A DNA stretch of 64,000 bases. It comes from an uncultured beta proteobacterium. Lineage in GTDB: Bacteria; Pseudomonadota; Gammaproteobacteria; Burkholderiales; JAEUMW01. The position numbers and the translations under genes are program-made. The stretch spans positions 314,000-377,999 of the forward strand of contig CAVRDD010000049.1 in the NCBI GenBank assembly GCA_963719715.1, in the 5' to 3' direction. Shown piece after piece: positions 54,343-64,000 of this stretch (positions are counted from its first letter, which is position 1; the number at the start of each line of letters is the position of its first letter). A model generated the notes under the pieces. That model had not been told where the DNA came from. It did no database searches and worked only from the letters and a program-made list of their open reading frames with translations.

Positions 54343-55914
54343 TCAGCGCCACTTTGCCGCGAAGAACTGTGGAATCTCGTCCGCCGTCGGCTTGAAGTCG
54401 AGTTCCTTCGAGAACGCGTAGTACTTGGAATACGTCCAGAGAGGTAACCAGTAGACCTCTGTCGCGATTCTATCAAGCACCTTCTCCCACAGCAGCCTGC
54501 GTCGCGCCGGATCTGTCTGCGCGTCGGCTTCGTCGATACCCTTGATCACCGCCTCATCGCGCGCGACATCGTCAGGTCCGCCGGTGAAGAACTTGGCGGT
54601 GATCGCCGACACGTCAGCAATCGAATTCGAGCCCCAGGTCGACAATCCCAATGGCACACGGCCTTTTCGCGAAGCCTCGAGAAACGCGGTGTACTGCAGA
54701 TAGTTGAGTCTCGGCTTGAGACCGACGCGCGTGAGATCCCCGATAATCGCCTCGCTCTGTTCACGGTCGCGAAACACGTAGAAGTCGAATTCGAATCCAT
54801 CCGGGTAGCCTGCCTCCTTGAGGAGTGCTCTTGCCTTGCCCGGATCGTAATCGTAATGCACCACATCGGCAGAGCATCCGAATTGTTTGGGATGGCAGGC
54901 CGCGTGGATCAGGCTCGCCTCGTCTCCCATCACCGTCTTTGCTATCAGCTCGCGATTGATTGCGTGCGCGACGGCCTGGCGGACACGGCGATCCATGAAC
55001 TGCTTTGCATCGCTCGTGCCGCGCACGTCGAACGCGAGGTAGCCGACCCGCAGCGTCTTCCCTTCGTCGACGACGATGGCCGGATTCTTCCTGATGCGCC
55101 CGGCGAGATCCCTCGGCACTTCCCAGATCCAGTCCACCCCGCCGGTCAGGAGTTCGGCGATGCGTGTGTTCTGTTCCTTGATTGTGCGCATACGCAGCAG
55201 GGCGATCGAAGGCGTGCCCTTCGGACCGCCACTGAAGTAATCGGGATTACTAGTGAGCGTGATGGACTCGCCCGGCTTCACTTCCGCGACCCGGTACGGT
55301 CCCGTGCCGTTCGGCTTGACGGCGCCGTAGTCTCGCCTGCCATCCGGCCGCGTCGGTGCGTTGTCGTAATGGCCCTGCTGCAGGATGAACCCGGCACCGG
55401 CCAGATAGCTGAGCGCGGCAGGGAACGGGCGCTTGAGCTGGATGCGGACCGTTCGGGTGTCGATCTTCTCGGCCCTTTGAATCCAGTCCAGCAAAGTGGA
55501 ATTGAGGACTGCGTGGTCTTTGTCGGTCACGAAGTTGAGCGTGTAGACGACGTCGTCCGCATCCAGCACCTTGCCGAAGTGAAAGGTCACCCCTTGCCGC
55601 AGTTCGAACTCCAGCGTCTTGTCATCGACCCACTTCCAGCGAGTCGCCAAGAGCGGCTCGATCCTGCCGGTCGCAGGATCGCTCCAGACGAGGGTATCCC
55701 AAGCGTGATGACCGATGATGACGAGGTCACGCGTGTTGAGGTAGTAAGGGTCGGCGATCGGGTTCTCGCGGTCGGTTGCCCACACGAGCGAGTTCGATTT
55801 CCTGTCGGCGAGCGCTTGCGGGGCTGCAAGCGCGAACATCCCTAACAGCGCCCATGCGCTGGCGAAGACGATCCTTGCCACGATCCCCGCAAAGAACGAC
55901 GCCACCGCCGCCAT
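54343..55914 (-). CDS. Peptide/nickel-family ABC substrate-binding protein
   Basis: PLLATRW, LRQGVTFH, GTGPY and VRQAVAHAINRE; hydrophobic signal region. Start approximate. Confidence 0.92.
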   Translation of the reverse strand: MAAVASFFAGIVARIVFASAWALLGMFALAAPQALADRKSNSLVWATDRENPIADPYYLNTRDLVIIGHHAWDTLVWSDPATGRIEPLLATRWKWVDDKTLEFELRQGVTFHFGKVLDADDVVYTLNFVTDKDHAVLNSTLLDWIQRAEKIDTRTVRIQLKRPFPAALSYLAGAGFILQQGHYDNAPTRPDGRRDYGAVKPNGTGPYRVAEVKPGESITLTSNPDYFSGGPKGTPSIALLRMRTIKEQNTRIAELLTGGVDWIWEVPRDLAGRIRKNPAIVVDEGKTLRVGYLAFDVRGTSDAKQFMDRRVRQAVAHAINRELIAKTVMGDEASLIHAACHPKQFGCSADVVHYDYDPGKARALLKEAGYPDGFEFDFYVFRDREQSEAIIGDLTRVGLKPRLNYLQYTAFLEASRKGRVPLGLSTWGSNSIADVSAITAKFFTGGPDDVARDEAVIKGIDEADAQTDPARRRLLWEKVLDRIATEVYWLPLWTYSKYYAFSKELDFKPTADEIPQFFAAKWR

Positions 55915-55961
55915 GCCAGTGCGCTTTGCGGACCGAGCCTGCGTGGCCTTCGGAGGCGAGA

Positions 55962-56708
55962 CTATCCGTCTTGATGCGGCCCGACCATCGCACCACGGAA
56001 CGTAGCCGCACCCCGCGACGCGGCCGCCCCGCGGGACGCTGCAGCTCCCCTGCTCGCTGCGGCGCCGCGACCTGACACCTCCTCCTGGTAGGAGATCATC
56101 GAGTCCAGCAGCAACTGCTGATAGTTGTCGATTTCGATGTCGACGCACACGGCCAGATCCTTCTTGTCCACCGCCCACACACGGATGTCATCGGAGAAAT
56201 GCCAGTCCTTGGCCTCGATGCCGACGAACCGGGTGTTGAACGCGGCATGGCGATCGCCCGGTGAAGCGGCCGTCGGATCTTCCTCGGGACGCCGCGCCCG
56301 GTCGCCGGATCCGCGAACCAGAAACAGAAGGGGTCGCGGCATCTTGTAGTAGTGGCCCTCGTACGAGAAGCTGTAGATGCGGGCAAAGCTGCCGTGTTCC
56401 AGTCGCCGAAGAGAACGTTCGATGCGACGGGGCGGTATGGGCAGCTGCACACCGCCACTCGAACGCGAAGTTCCGTCGCCGGGTAGCGAGTAATCCTCGA
56501 ACTCGCGCTTCTCACTTCCTTCTTCTTTCGCCGACGGGGGAACTCCTGCTTGCTCGACCTTCCCCTCCATGGCCCCCGGGTTGTACTCGAGACAGGGGAA
56601 CGGCTTGCCGAAGAGCCAGATTCGCGTTGGCTCGAAGAAGGTTTCGATCAAGGGATTGATATCGGGAAACGGCATTTCGATCCACTCCACAGGTTTGCTT
56701 TCGGTCAA
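55962..56708 (-). CDS. Uncharacterised protein with C-terminal RGAxx hexapeptide repeats
   Basis: 248 aa ORF with host-like codon use and an aromatic block FARIYSFSYEGHYYKMPRPLLFLV. A GGGAG RBS precedes an in-frame ATC at 56720, which may be the true (miscalled) start. Confidence 0.75.
   Translation of the reverse strand: MTESKPVEWIEMPFPDINPLIETFFEPTRIWLFGKPFPCLEYNPGAMEGKVEQAGVPPSAKEEGSEKREFEDYSLPGDGTSRSSGGVQLPIPPRRIERSLRRLEHGSFARIYSFSYEGHYYKMPRPLLFLVRGSGDRARRPEEDPTAASPGDRHAAFNTRFVGIEAKDWHFSDDIRVWAVDKKDLAVCVDIEIDNYQQLLLDSMISYQEEVSGRGAAASRGAAASRGAAASRGAATFRGAMVGPHQDG
55983..56072 (-). repeat. Five 18-nt coding units GRGAAA-SRGAAA-SRGAAA-SRGAAT-FRGAMV
   Basis: Units conserve the peptide but use different synonymous codons (Arg CGC/AGG/CGC/CGG/CGT; Gly GGC/GGA/GGG/GGT/GGT). 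Confidence 0.85.
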
Positions 56709-56778
56709 CCGCTTGCTGATGCTACTCCCGGCCTGTTGCGCCTGTCCATGGCGGGCGGCCGCTAACTCATGCGCACTT

Positions 56779-57339
56779 TCATCGGCCAGTGCCCATGTGC
56801 TCGCTGAAGGCGCGTGCGGAGCTTCGGAACGGTATCTGGATGTTGCGCCAAAGAATCGACTCGACGAGGATGTTCCTGCCGATCCCCCCGAACAGCGCGC
56901 GGTCGGCCGAAATCAGGGCCGCCGCGACCGTGCCGAAGGTCAGGTCCCACGCGCTCTTCCGCCACGCGTTGGCGAGGCAATGGCCCATGTAGTCCCGAGC
57001 GTCGAGCAGGGCCGCCTTGAACAGCTCGTGATGTCCCGCGTAGGCCTGATCGAAGCGGGTCTGCACCGCTTCGGTCGAGGCCGTCTCGACCTGCCGGGAC
57101 ATCTCGTCGAGCTCGCGGTCGATCAAGCCCTCCTCCAGCAGAATTGTCTGGAAGACCTCCACCAGGGTGTCGAACACGGCGCCCGTGAGCGGCAACCCCA
57201 TGGTGTGGATCTGCGGAAAGGAGAGCGCCGCGACCGGGGTCTTGAGATCGGCTACGTCGTCGAGCGTCAGCGATTGACTGGCGATGCGCAGCTGCCTGGT
57301 CTCGGAGATCTCGCCGATCCGGTTGAGCTCGTTCGGAAC
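56779..57339 (-). CDS. C-terminal part of a hypothetical, possibly gluzincin-like metallopeptidase; 5' end lost at the junction
   Basis: Frame is open from 57339 (VPNELNRIGEISETRQLRIAS...QIHTMGLPLTGAVFD); HxxxxxxxGAxFD recalls the post-HExxH region of M4/M36-like enzymes. Confidence 0.5.
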   Translation of the reverse strand, partial: VPNELNRIGEISETRQLRIASQSLTLDDVADLKTPVAALSFPQIHTMGLPLTGAVFDTLVEVFQTILLEEGLIDRELDEMSRQVETASTEAVQTRFDQAYAGHHELFKAALLDARDYMGHCLANAWRKSAWDLTFGTVAAALISADRALFGGIGRNILVESILWRNIQIPFRSSARAFSEHMGTGR

Positions 57340-57345
57340 TCAACT
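57335..57345. other. Junction between two unrelated sequences
   Basis: Abrupt GC and codon-usage drop; genes on both sides are truncated here; no att site or IS visible. Confidence 0.85.
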
Positions 57346-58068
57346 CCTGCCGGGTCTGCAGATCAAGCAGGTAAATTTCGGGTCAGACCGTCAAAACCAG
57401 CCTGGTCTATCGTTTGCTGCAGTAAGATCTGAAGGTTCTGGAAGGAGGGTCGGCTTGGAGCAACCACCGGGTAGGTTAAGTTTAACGAGTCTGGATGATG
57501 GCGATCGTAAAGCGTCTTTGATCAACACGACAGCCCGTTGAATATCCAGAATACTTCCAGGTTTTCCACCTGGAGAAGGTCACTGTGCCTGGTACCGGCA
57601 TCGCAGGTTCTGGTGGCTGGTCATACCTCGGAGCAATTTCGTTCTTCAAAAAGGTTTGCATTGTTTCTTCAGAGATCTTTGCGCAAGGGAATCCCCGATG
57701 GGACCGGTGATCTGTTCCAGAGGAAATCCCAGAAGGCGCTCCAAAATGGCTGATTTATGCGTTGTAGATCTGCGGCCGCCGCACTTTCCAGACTCAAGCT
57801 CAAATCCAAGTTCGGAAGGTTTTATCTGGATGGACGCATCCGCGTAACGTAACTCGATCGGGATCCCATACGCCTGCACGATCCTTTCAGCCGCCAGTTG
57901 TTGACCCGTACCCCCCACCGGGACATCGGCGATCATCATACCTGGAGGGAAAGACGAACGCATCCGGCTGTACCGTACGAGATTGAACACAGTCAGGAGT
58001 ACTGCAGCAAAAACCAGTACCAGCGCCAACCAGCGCAGGACAGAAAAATATCTTCGGCTCCGTTTCAT
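57340..58068 (-). CDS. N-terminal part of a membrane-anchored protein, probably a serine hydrolase/beta-lactamase-like protein; several indels; truncated
   Basis: TM anchor, then IADVPVGG...PIELRY...IKPSELGFEL; continues through frameshifts to YLLDLQTRQEL at the junction. Confidence 0.5.
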
Positions 58069-58205
58069 GATTGGTGATTTACCATATTTTCAATTCATAC
58101 TCGATATCGCTGATTTCTCCCGGTTGACATGCCTCAGAGGCCTGATTATACTTACCTCCATTCTGAAGTTGCTTAATTTAGGATTTGGCATCGACAGGAG
58201 CACGA

Positions 58206-59276
58206 ATGAAAAAAGCGTTGATCACAGGGATAACCGGTCAGGACGGGTCATACCTGACAGAACTATTACTTGCAAAAGGGTACGAGGTTCATGGGGACAT
58301 CCGCAGAGCCACTGCACATTAACACCCGCCGGATCGACCACATCTACCATGATCCCCATAACAACGGAGAACAGGTCAAACTTCACCTTTATTACGGCGA
58401 TGTCTCTGTACAAGAAACGCTGATGGATGTGATCTACAACGTTCAACCAGATGAGATCTACCACCTTGCTGCCCAAAGCCATGTCAGAGTGAGTTTCGAC
58501 ATGCCGGAGTACACCGGGAACGTTACCGGCCTTGGCACAATCCGAATTCTGGATGCCATCCGCCATAGCGGGAGCAAAGCCCGTTTCTACCAGGCATCTT
58601 CCAGCGAAATGTTTGGCAGCGCGTCACCCCCGCAGGATAATTCCACACCTTTTGAACCCCGAAGCCCGTATGCCGCAGCCAAGGTTTATTCATATTGGGT
58701 CACTCGTAACTATCGCGAAGGTTATAAAATGTTTGCCTGCAACGGAATTCTGTTTAATCACGCATCACCCAGGCGCGGTGAGACTTTCGTCACGCGCAAG
58801 ATCACAAGAGCATTAGCAGCCATCATGACAGGGAAACAAAAACACCTTTATCTGGGAAACCTGGATGCGAAACGCGATTCGGGGTTACGCCCGGAATTTG
58901 TTGAGGCCATGTGGTCCATCCTTCAGCAGGATCAACCTGATGACTATGTCATTGGTAGGGGAAGCCCATACCGTCCGCGAATTCCTTGATGAGGCCTTCT
59001 CTTATGTAAACCTCGACTGGCATGAGTATGTGGAATGGATCGTCGCTATTTCAGGCCTACTGAAGTGGATTACCTGCTCTCTAACCCAGCACGTGCAAGG
59101 CAAAATCTAAACTGGAAACCTCAAATATGCTTTAATGACCTTGTCCGGATCATGGTTGATGCTGACCGGAATTGGCTGGTTTAATAGCTCCAGGGGATGG
59201 TCAAAAGATCATAGATAAGATTTTCAACACAGGCTGGCACCGCTGGGAACACCAGGTCGTCAGCATGGAACGCTAA
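58206..59276 (+). CDS. gmd: GDP-mannose 4,6-dehydratase (multiple frameshifts)
   Basis: [46 protein letters not shown] and [10 protein letters not shown]. Confidence 0.93.
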
Positions 59277-59282
59277 AATCGA

Positions 59283-59888
59283 TCAGCGGTAGGAGTGATA
59301 GGTCCACAAAACCTGGTCTGCGTACGAATAACCGACATCCAATGGTCCATATGCCCGCAGCGCTTCCTGCAGGCTCTTGTTTTCCCTAGCTAATTTTGCA
59401 ATCATCTGGGAGCCATATGCAATATTTAATCCGGATCCATCAATTCGTTCATGGATGGTCTGTCATGAAAGCAGGGACCGTTGATGCACATAAACCCTGC
59501 AGCCAGTCCGTCCCTCGGCATTACCTGCATTAGATCCCACAGCTCCGCTTTGGGATAGGGCGTTAGGGTTCCCGGCGCTCTCAACAAGGATCACAGATGC
59601 GATCAATAGGGGGTCCACACCGTGTGTTCCCGCCTCTGTTTCGATTACTGCGCACCATTCAAGCACTGATTGCGGTAACCCCGGAGGTAATCCACATTTC
59701 TCAGCATGGGTTATTTCCAGCAGGTGCTCCTCCGCCCCACCCATCCCAAGATTCGTTTTCCAGCTATCATTTGAACTCGCCGCGAGAACGATCTCAGCAC
59801 TATCAGCGGCCAAGCGGACTGCAAACAGCAGCGCCAGGATTCCGACAAACATCGCGGGGAGCAGGGCATATTTAAGGTATTCGTTCAT
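59283..59888 (-). CDS. Lytic transglycosylase (SLT domain), frameshifted
   Basis: TM anchor; GVDPLLIASVILVESAGNPNALSQSGAVG(LMQVMP); later LMDPDLNIAYG. Confidence 0.8.
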
Positions 59889-59927
59889 AGAATTCCCTGG
59901 TGTTCGTTTCTGATATGAAGTCTTAAT

Positions 59928-59956
59928 ATAATAGCACGTTTGTTCTATTTTATCAA
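59928..59956 (-). promoter_or_regulatory. Sigma-70 promoter with a LexA-like box in the spacer
   Basis: TTGATA-17-TATTAT, with AGAACAAACGTGCT (GAAC-N4-GTTC-like, one mismatch) between the hexamers. Confidence 0.55.
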
Positions 59957-60091
59957 GAGTTTTTCGACATCAGTACAGCACCACCGGGGAAACCAATATT
60001 TGCCCCGACCATCGGGAAAGCAAAGAAATATTATTTTTCCTGCGTTTTTAGAGTAACGGTCACCTTTCTTAATGGTCTGAATATTAATAAA

Positions 60092-60124
60092 CAAAACCCA
60101 GCACCAAACGCATGCTGGGTTTTG
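60092..60124 (-). terminator. Intrinsic terminator
   Basis: CAAAACCCAGCA-loop-TGCTGGGTTTTG. Confidence 0.75.
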
Positions 60125-60138
60125 TGGATGGGCTATCT

Positions 60139-61359
60139 TTATTGGAGAAAGTTCTTCGGGTCCACTTTACCGTAGGTATCGCTCAACAGTTCAAAATGCA
60201 AATGTGGTCCGGAAGATCGGCCAGTGCTTCCCATCCCCCCGATCGCTGTGCCCTGGAATACATAGGAACCGCACTCAACATTCAGGGTTGAAAGGTGGGC
60301 GTATAACGATTGCCACCCGTTGCCATGGTCGATTACCACGACATTCCCATATCCCCAGTCATTCCAGCCTGCGTAAACAGTAACACCTGCATCAGTGGCA
60401 AAAATGCCTACACCTTCATAACCACCAATATCAATGCCCCTGTGGTTAGTTTCTGGAGAGTAATCAAATCCGGAGATCCGTCGCTCCACTGAAGGCCACA
60501 AAAAGACCCCAGTCCCAACAGGGCCATCCATGATCTCACCGCAAAATCCAGGGCCAAGGATCTTGGCAACCGAAGGGTCTGATCGGGTGATCCTGGGAGC
60601 GCTCCAATTGACAAACTCCCGGCTTCCGCCCGGCACGATAATCCAGGATCCAGGTTCAATATTAGGATTGGTCAAATCACCGATGGTATCCATGGACAGG
60701 TTATTGGCTGAAAACCCTATGATATCCTCCGGTGTGACGCCAAAAAATTTGGCAACACCGTTCAATCCGTCACCGGCATGCCATTCATAATAAATACCAT
60801 TAACAGGAAGGATATTCAACTCCTGACCAGGGCTCAGGTTATGGGGGTTGTCTCCTAAAATATAATAATTACTCCAGAGGAGTGTTTCAGGTTTCAAGTT
60901 AAATTTCTCGGCGATACCAAATATAGTATCCCCCGTCTGAACCTCGTAAGTCGTCACTTCATTTCGGGGTTTTGCAGGTACGATCGTATGCATATCCGTC
61001 AATCTTACAAGCCCCTGGGAAAATGAATTGTGATCTGGTACGTCAAAATAAGGTGAGGGGACGACTCCTGTTTGGGTAGGAAGGGGCGCGGCCGATACTG
61101 CGTCACCTCCCTTGCTGACAGATGCAGTCATATAGAAGCTGCTCATCACCCATACAACGATAAGAACCAGCACCACTGAGGTAATCCCTGTCGCAGCGCG
61201 AAGGGTGACCTCACCCAATCCAAGCCGAAGGATCAATTCCCATAACCGGTTCCAGCCAATGCCATTACCGGCCAAATCGGACCCATCGGATGGGGCCAGA
61301 TCCCTATCTTTGCGGATTGATTTGTCTTCGTAAATGTGACCAAATTCGTCTATCGTCAT
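60139..61359 (-). CDS. LysM + M23 family peptidase
   Basis: YEVQTGDTIFGIA (LysM), HRGID, YAHL and GPHLHFE. Confidence 0.92.
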   Translation of the reverse strand: MTIDEFGHIYEDKSIRKDRDLAPSDGSDLAGNGIGWNRLWELILRLGLGEVTLRAATGITSVVLVLIVVWVMSSFYMTASVSKGGDAVSAAPLPTQTGVVPSPYFDVPDHNSFSQGLVRLTDMHTIVPAKPRNEVTTYEVQTGDTIFGIAEKFNLKPETLLWSNYYILGDNPHNLSPGQELNILPVNGIYYEWHAGDGLNGVAKFFGVTPEDIIGFSANNLSMDTIGDLTNPNIEPGSWIIVPGGSREFVNWSAPRITRSDPSVAKILGPGFCGEIMDGPVGTGVFLWPSVERRISGFDYSPETNHRGIDIGGYEGVGIFATDAGVTVYAGWNDWGYGNVVVIDHGNGWQSLYAHLSTLNVECGSYVFQGTAIGGMGSTGRSSGPHLHFELLSDTYGKVDPKNFLQ

Positions 61360-61550
61360 TTATCCTCAAAAAAATCATAACATAGCGCAAGTTTTAGGTC
61401 AAGAAACATTAAATAGTTAAAGATGACCAGAAAATGCATATTTCCAGGTACTAGATATTTCCCCCATTAAATATTCAGCCGATCCAGGGAGGCTATACAC
61501 AACAACAGAAGCTGGAAATGGCAGGTTATAAAGCCTGTTGGTGCAGCAGT

Positions 61551-62564
61551 TTATGGTGTATCTGATACTGCGCAGCGAAAGCCCAGGTTGTAATACTTAT
61601 ACTCGGGCACTGACCGGTACCTGATGCTGGCCCGGATCCACCAGACACCATTGCTCCAGGGTCCTCCGCGCCAGACACGTTCGCTGTTCCCTTCCATATA
61701 TTCCCGGCCGTCATCGGGATCATAAGGGTACGGCTCTGGTATTGTGCTCGTCCATTCCCACACATTGCCTGCCATATCCATCAGCCCATAAAAACTCGCG
61801 CCATCCGGGAAACTCCCCACCGGTGCCGTTTCTGGATATCCATCATCATAATTCGGATTAGCGTATGGTCGAATGCAATTTTTATCGCAAAAATTCGCTC
61901 GTTCACCGCTGATCGGTTCATTTCCCCACACATACCTGCGGCCATCAGTTCCACGGGCAGCCTTCTCCCACTCTGCTTCTGTCGCCAGCCTTCTCCCGGC
62001 CCACGTGCAATAATCCCTGGCCATGTACCAGTCCACATAAACCACAGGGTAATCGGCATATTCAGGGTTCCCATAGTACTCCAGCCGGGATAACGAGCTG
62101 GGGTAGTGTGGTGGGTTGCATCCACCTGCGTTTACGCACATCTCATAGCGTTGATTGGTGACCTCATATTTATCCATCCAGTAACTTTCCAGATTGACGA
62201 TATGCATGGGTATCTCAGGATAAGCCCTTCCATTCTCTACTGTCAATTTTGCATCCCTATCAGCAGTGCCCATGATAAATTTGCCCTCCGGGATGTACAC
62301 CAGCGGCATCTGATCAGTATCAGAGATTTGCTCGGACCCTCCCGCCAGCGTATTCGGGGATCCCGGGGATGCTGTAGGTGTTTTTGTTGGAGTTGGGTTT
62401 AGTGATACTCCCAGAGGATTATCTCGTTCAGAAGGTGCCGTCTGGATGTCAGCCTGATCAGTTAGTATCGCCTGACCAAAAGCGGATACCTCCGATGAAA
62501 ACACAACAAAGGTTGTTATGAAAATAGCCAAAAAAAGAAAACTGGAAAAAATCTTTTTGTTCAT
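61551..62564 (-). CDS. Formylglycine-generating enzyme (FGE-sulfatase) domain protein
   Basis: Signal peptide, P/T linker, FIMG, RLATEAEWEKAARG, DMAGNVWEW and LGFRCA. Confidence 0.92.
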   Translation of the reverse strand: MNKKIFSSFLFLAIFITTFVVFSSEVSAFGQAILTDQADIQTAPSERDNPLGVSLNPTPTKTPTASPGSPNTLAGGSEQISDTDQMPLVYIPEGKFIMGTADRDAKLTVENGRAYPEIPMHIVNLESYWMDKYEVTNQRYEMCVNAGGCNPPHYPSSLSRLEYYGNPEYADYPVVYVDWYMARDYCTWAGRRLATEAEWEKAARGTDGRRYVWGNEPISGERANFCDKNCIRPYANPNYDDGYPETAPVGSFPDGASFYGLMDMAGNVWEWTSTIPEPYPYDPDDGREYMEGNSERVWRGGPWSNGVWWIRASIRYRSVPEYKYYNLGFRCAVSDTP

Positions 62565-62798
62565 TTCGAATTTCCTTTAAGTAGGATACGATCGGGTGGT
62601 TTCTGTGTGGCCGAACTAATTCTGCCAGGTCAGCATTGTTGTAAAGGTTTAAATCCACAGCAAGTATTCTAGCACACTTTGTCTAAACAATTTCACCAAA
62701 GCTGGTTTAGAGGTTGCATTTTGGGCAAAGATTATTGCTGGTCTCGCAAGATATTATGGTCTGTAGGTTCGATGAACTCCTGGATTATGTTTTATGGT

Positions 62799-63779
62799 TT
62801 ATAGAAAGAGGGAAAATAACCAGAAAAATATTGCGCCGAGTAATCCTGTGGCCGGGATTGTAATCAGCCAGGCCATAGCTATGTTGCCTGAACCCCAACG
62901 CACCATATTCACCCTGTGCGCTGAGCCAACACCAAGGATTGCTGAACTGACAACCTGGGTTGTACTCACCGGTCCTCCAAGGAGCGCAGCCCCCATTATC
63001 ACGGCGGCGGATGATATTTGTGAGCAGAATCCGTGCACGGGGCGGATCTTGTAGAACTTGCCGCCAAGGGTCTTGATGAGCCGCCAGCCGCCTGTCAGTG
63101 TGCCCAGTGCGATCGCGCCAGCGCTGATAGCCACAACCCAGATCGGAACGATAAACTCTTCCTGAAAACCTGTGACGACCAGCCCCAGTGTAATAATTCC
63201 CATCGTCTTTTGTGCATCGTTGGTGCCATGGCTTAAAGCCAGGGCAATCCCGGTTAAGACCTGCCCATTTTTAAACAAGAAATTGATCCTCGGGCTCGCC
63301 CCTCGAGCTAAAAAATAAACAAGACGTGTCAGCAGAAACCCGGCCACTAATCCCACGACAGGGGATAAGAACAAAGCGATAAGCACTTTGGTCAATCCGG
63401 ACAGGATAATCTCCTGGAAGCCGATACTCGCAGCAACGGAACCAATGATCCCCCCGATCAACGCGTGGGATGAACTGCTTGGAATCCCAAAAAACCAGGT
63501 GGCGAGGTTCCAGATTATAGCGCTGCACATCAAGGATAATATGACGACCTCAGTAATCGAAGATGGATCCACCAGGCCGGCACCTATGGTCTTTGCAACT
63601 GCCACTCCGAAAAGGAATGGACCGGAAAATTCTGCAATTGCCGTGATAGCTAACGCTTTTCTAGGAGAGAGGGAGCGTGATGAAATGATAGTAGCGACGA
63701 TGTTCGACAAATCATGCATCCCGTTCAGAAAATCGAATACCAGGGCCAGGGCGATCAGTACAATAAGGAAGGTTTCCAT
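62799..63779 (-). CDS. Inorganic phosphate transporter, PiT family
   Basis: NGMHD, GIPSSSSHA, HGTNDAQKTMG and PVSTTQ. Confidence 0.92.
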   Translation of the reverse strand: METFLIVLIALALVFDFLNGMHDLSNIVATIISSRSLSPRKALAITAIAEFSGPFLFGVAVAKTIGAGLVDPSSITEVVILSLMCSAIIWNLATWFFGIPSSSSHALIGGIIGSVAASIGFQEIILSGLTKVLIALFLSPVVGLVAGFLLTRLVYFLARGASPRINFLFKNGQVLTGIALALSHGTNDAQKTMGIITLGLVVTGFQEEFIVPIWVVAISAGAIALGTLTGGWRLIKTLGGKFYKIRPVHGFCSQISSAAVIMGAALLGGPVSTTQVVSSAILGVGSAHRVNMVRWGSGNIAMAWLITIPATGLLGAIFFWLFSLFL

Positions 63780-63789
63780 CAAGTACCGT

Positions 63790-64000
63790 TCAGGCTAATT
63801 TCATCACAATATCAGCGATGACGTTGGCTGCGTTATCTTCCCGGTCTGCCGAGTTGCTAAGATGCCGGTAGATCTCTCGTGTCTTTAAATATCTTCAGGA
63901 TATGTTTCATGTCGGCTTTTTTGGTATTAAATCGGTCAGCCAGGGCTTCCCGGTAGATCGATTCGACCCGGTTCTCCAGCGCCTTCGCCCTCTGGATATG
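63790..64000 (-). CDS. DUF47/PhoU-like Pit accessory protein, 3' part
   Basis: REIYRHLSNSADREDNAANVIADIVMKLA*, directly upstream of pit. Confidence 0.8.

Noticed and set aside
55983-56072. CRISPR or DNA-level tandem repeat
   Set aside because: Units are 18 nt with no spacers and are conserved only as peptide; no cas genes are present.
57340-64000. Low-GC genomic island
   Set aside because: No integrase, att site or IS; genes are truncated on both sides of the boundary, which fits a contig join.

Overview
The window joins two unrelated genomic segments at about 57,340. Bases 1-57,339 are high-GC and betaproteobacterial in gene content. They carry a B12-riboswitch-controlled TonB receptor, zapA/6S RNA, ppdK, groESL with CIRCE, bioA, dacB, ubiCAD, recG, kup, an expanded kdpFABC-X-DE operon, chrBA, a CzcBA-like RND pump, and a peptide-ABC/5-oxoprolinase operon. 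Bases 57,340-64,000 are much lower in GC and Anaerolineae-like (gmd, SLT, LysM-M23, FGE-sulfatase, PiT, DUF47), with many indels. Three observations stand out. (1) A ~5.3 kb integrase-free cargo (cls, a diheme cytochrome c cluster, a two-component system) is bracketed by a diverged ~300 bp direct repeat made of the groEL 3' end, a hairpin, a terminator and a conserved promoter/leader element. (2) An operon places a metallopeptidase-like gene and an unknown protein ending in codon-diversified (S/G/F)RGAxx repeats directly ahead of a peptide ABC importer and pxpBCA. (3) A CorA-tailed protein and extra small membrane ORFs are inserted inside the kdp operon. Scattered single-base frameshifts (kdpA, chrA, chrB, pxpA, gmd) look like sequencing errors. 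All calls come from reading the sequence; no searches were run.
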